From Nitrospinales bacterium (GTDB lineage Bacteria; Nitrospinota; Nitrospinia; Nitrospinales; VA-1), in contig CBDCXL010000002.1 in the NCBI GenBank assembly GCA_965223795.1, forward strand, positions 3,104,001 through 3,168,000: 64,000 nt of DNA, in the 5' to 3' direction. Under the pieces are notes generated by a model. That model was not told where the DNA came from and did no database searches. It saw only the letters and a list, made by a program, of their open reading frames with translations. Shown piece after piece: positions 63,999 to 64,000 of this stretch. Numbering within the stretch: the first letter of the stretch is position 1; every line of letters starts with the position of its first letter. The translations under genes and the position numbers were made by a program.

Positions 63999-64000
63999 GA

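Overview
This is a 64-kb, mostly GC-rich bacterial chromosome segment. The 16S sequence and gene content suggest a marine nitrite oxidiser of the Nitrospina group (inferred, not searched). In order, the window holds: the 3' end of a curli secretion locus (a csgF fragment missed by the ORF track, then csgG); a copper P1B-ATPase followed by a His/Cys-rich secreted peptide, a DsrE-like protein and a triheme cytochrome c; apbE, a ClC channel, rpe and tatA; a complex I operon ordered nuoA-C-H-I-J-K-L-M-N with no nuoB, D, E, F or G; a full rRNA operon (16S, tRNA-Ile, tRNA-Ala, 23S, 5S, minus strand); an MsbA-like ABC transporter; futalosine-pathway genes (mqnP, mqnE) split by an AT-rich islet with an RxxxxH ORF and vapBC; a chemotaxis cluster (cheY, cheX-like, cheA, cheW, convergent cheB); def and mscS; and a polysaccharide/sugar-modification region running off the right edge. 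The most striking observation is a CheA carrying an apparently complete group I truncated (2/2) hemoglobin domain where the P2 domain normally sits, in a cluster with no chemoreceptor or cheR gene. This could be a kinase that senses O2/NO directly. A palindromic repeat occurs three times, twice nested inside short inverted repeats like a MITE. All calls come from motif recognition; no database search was run.
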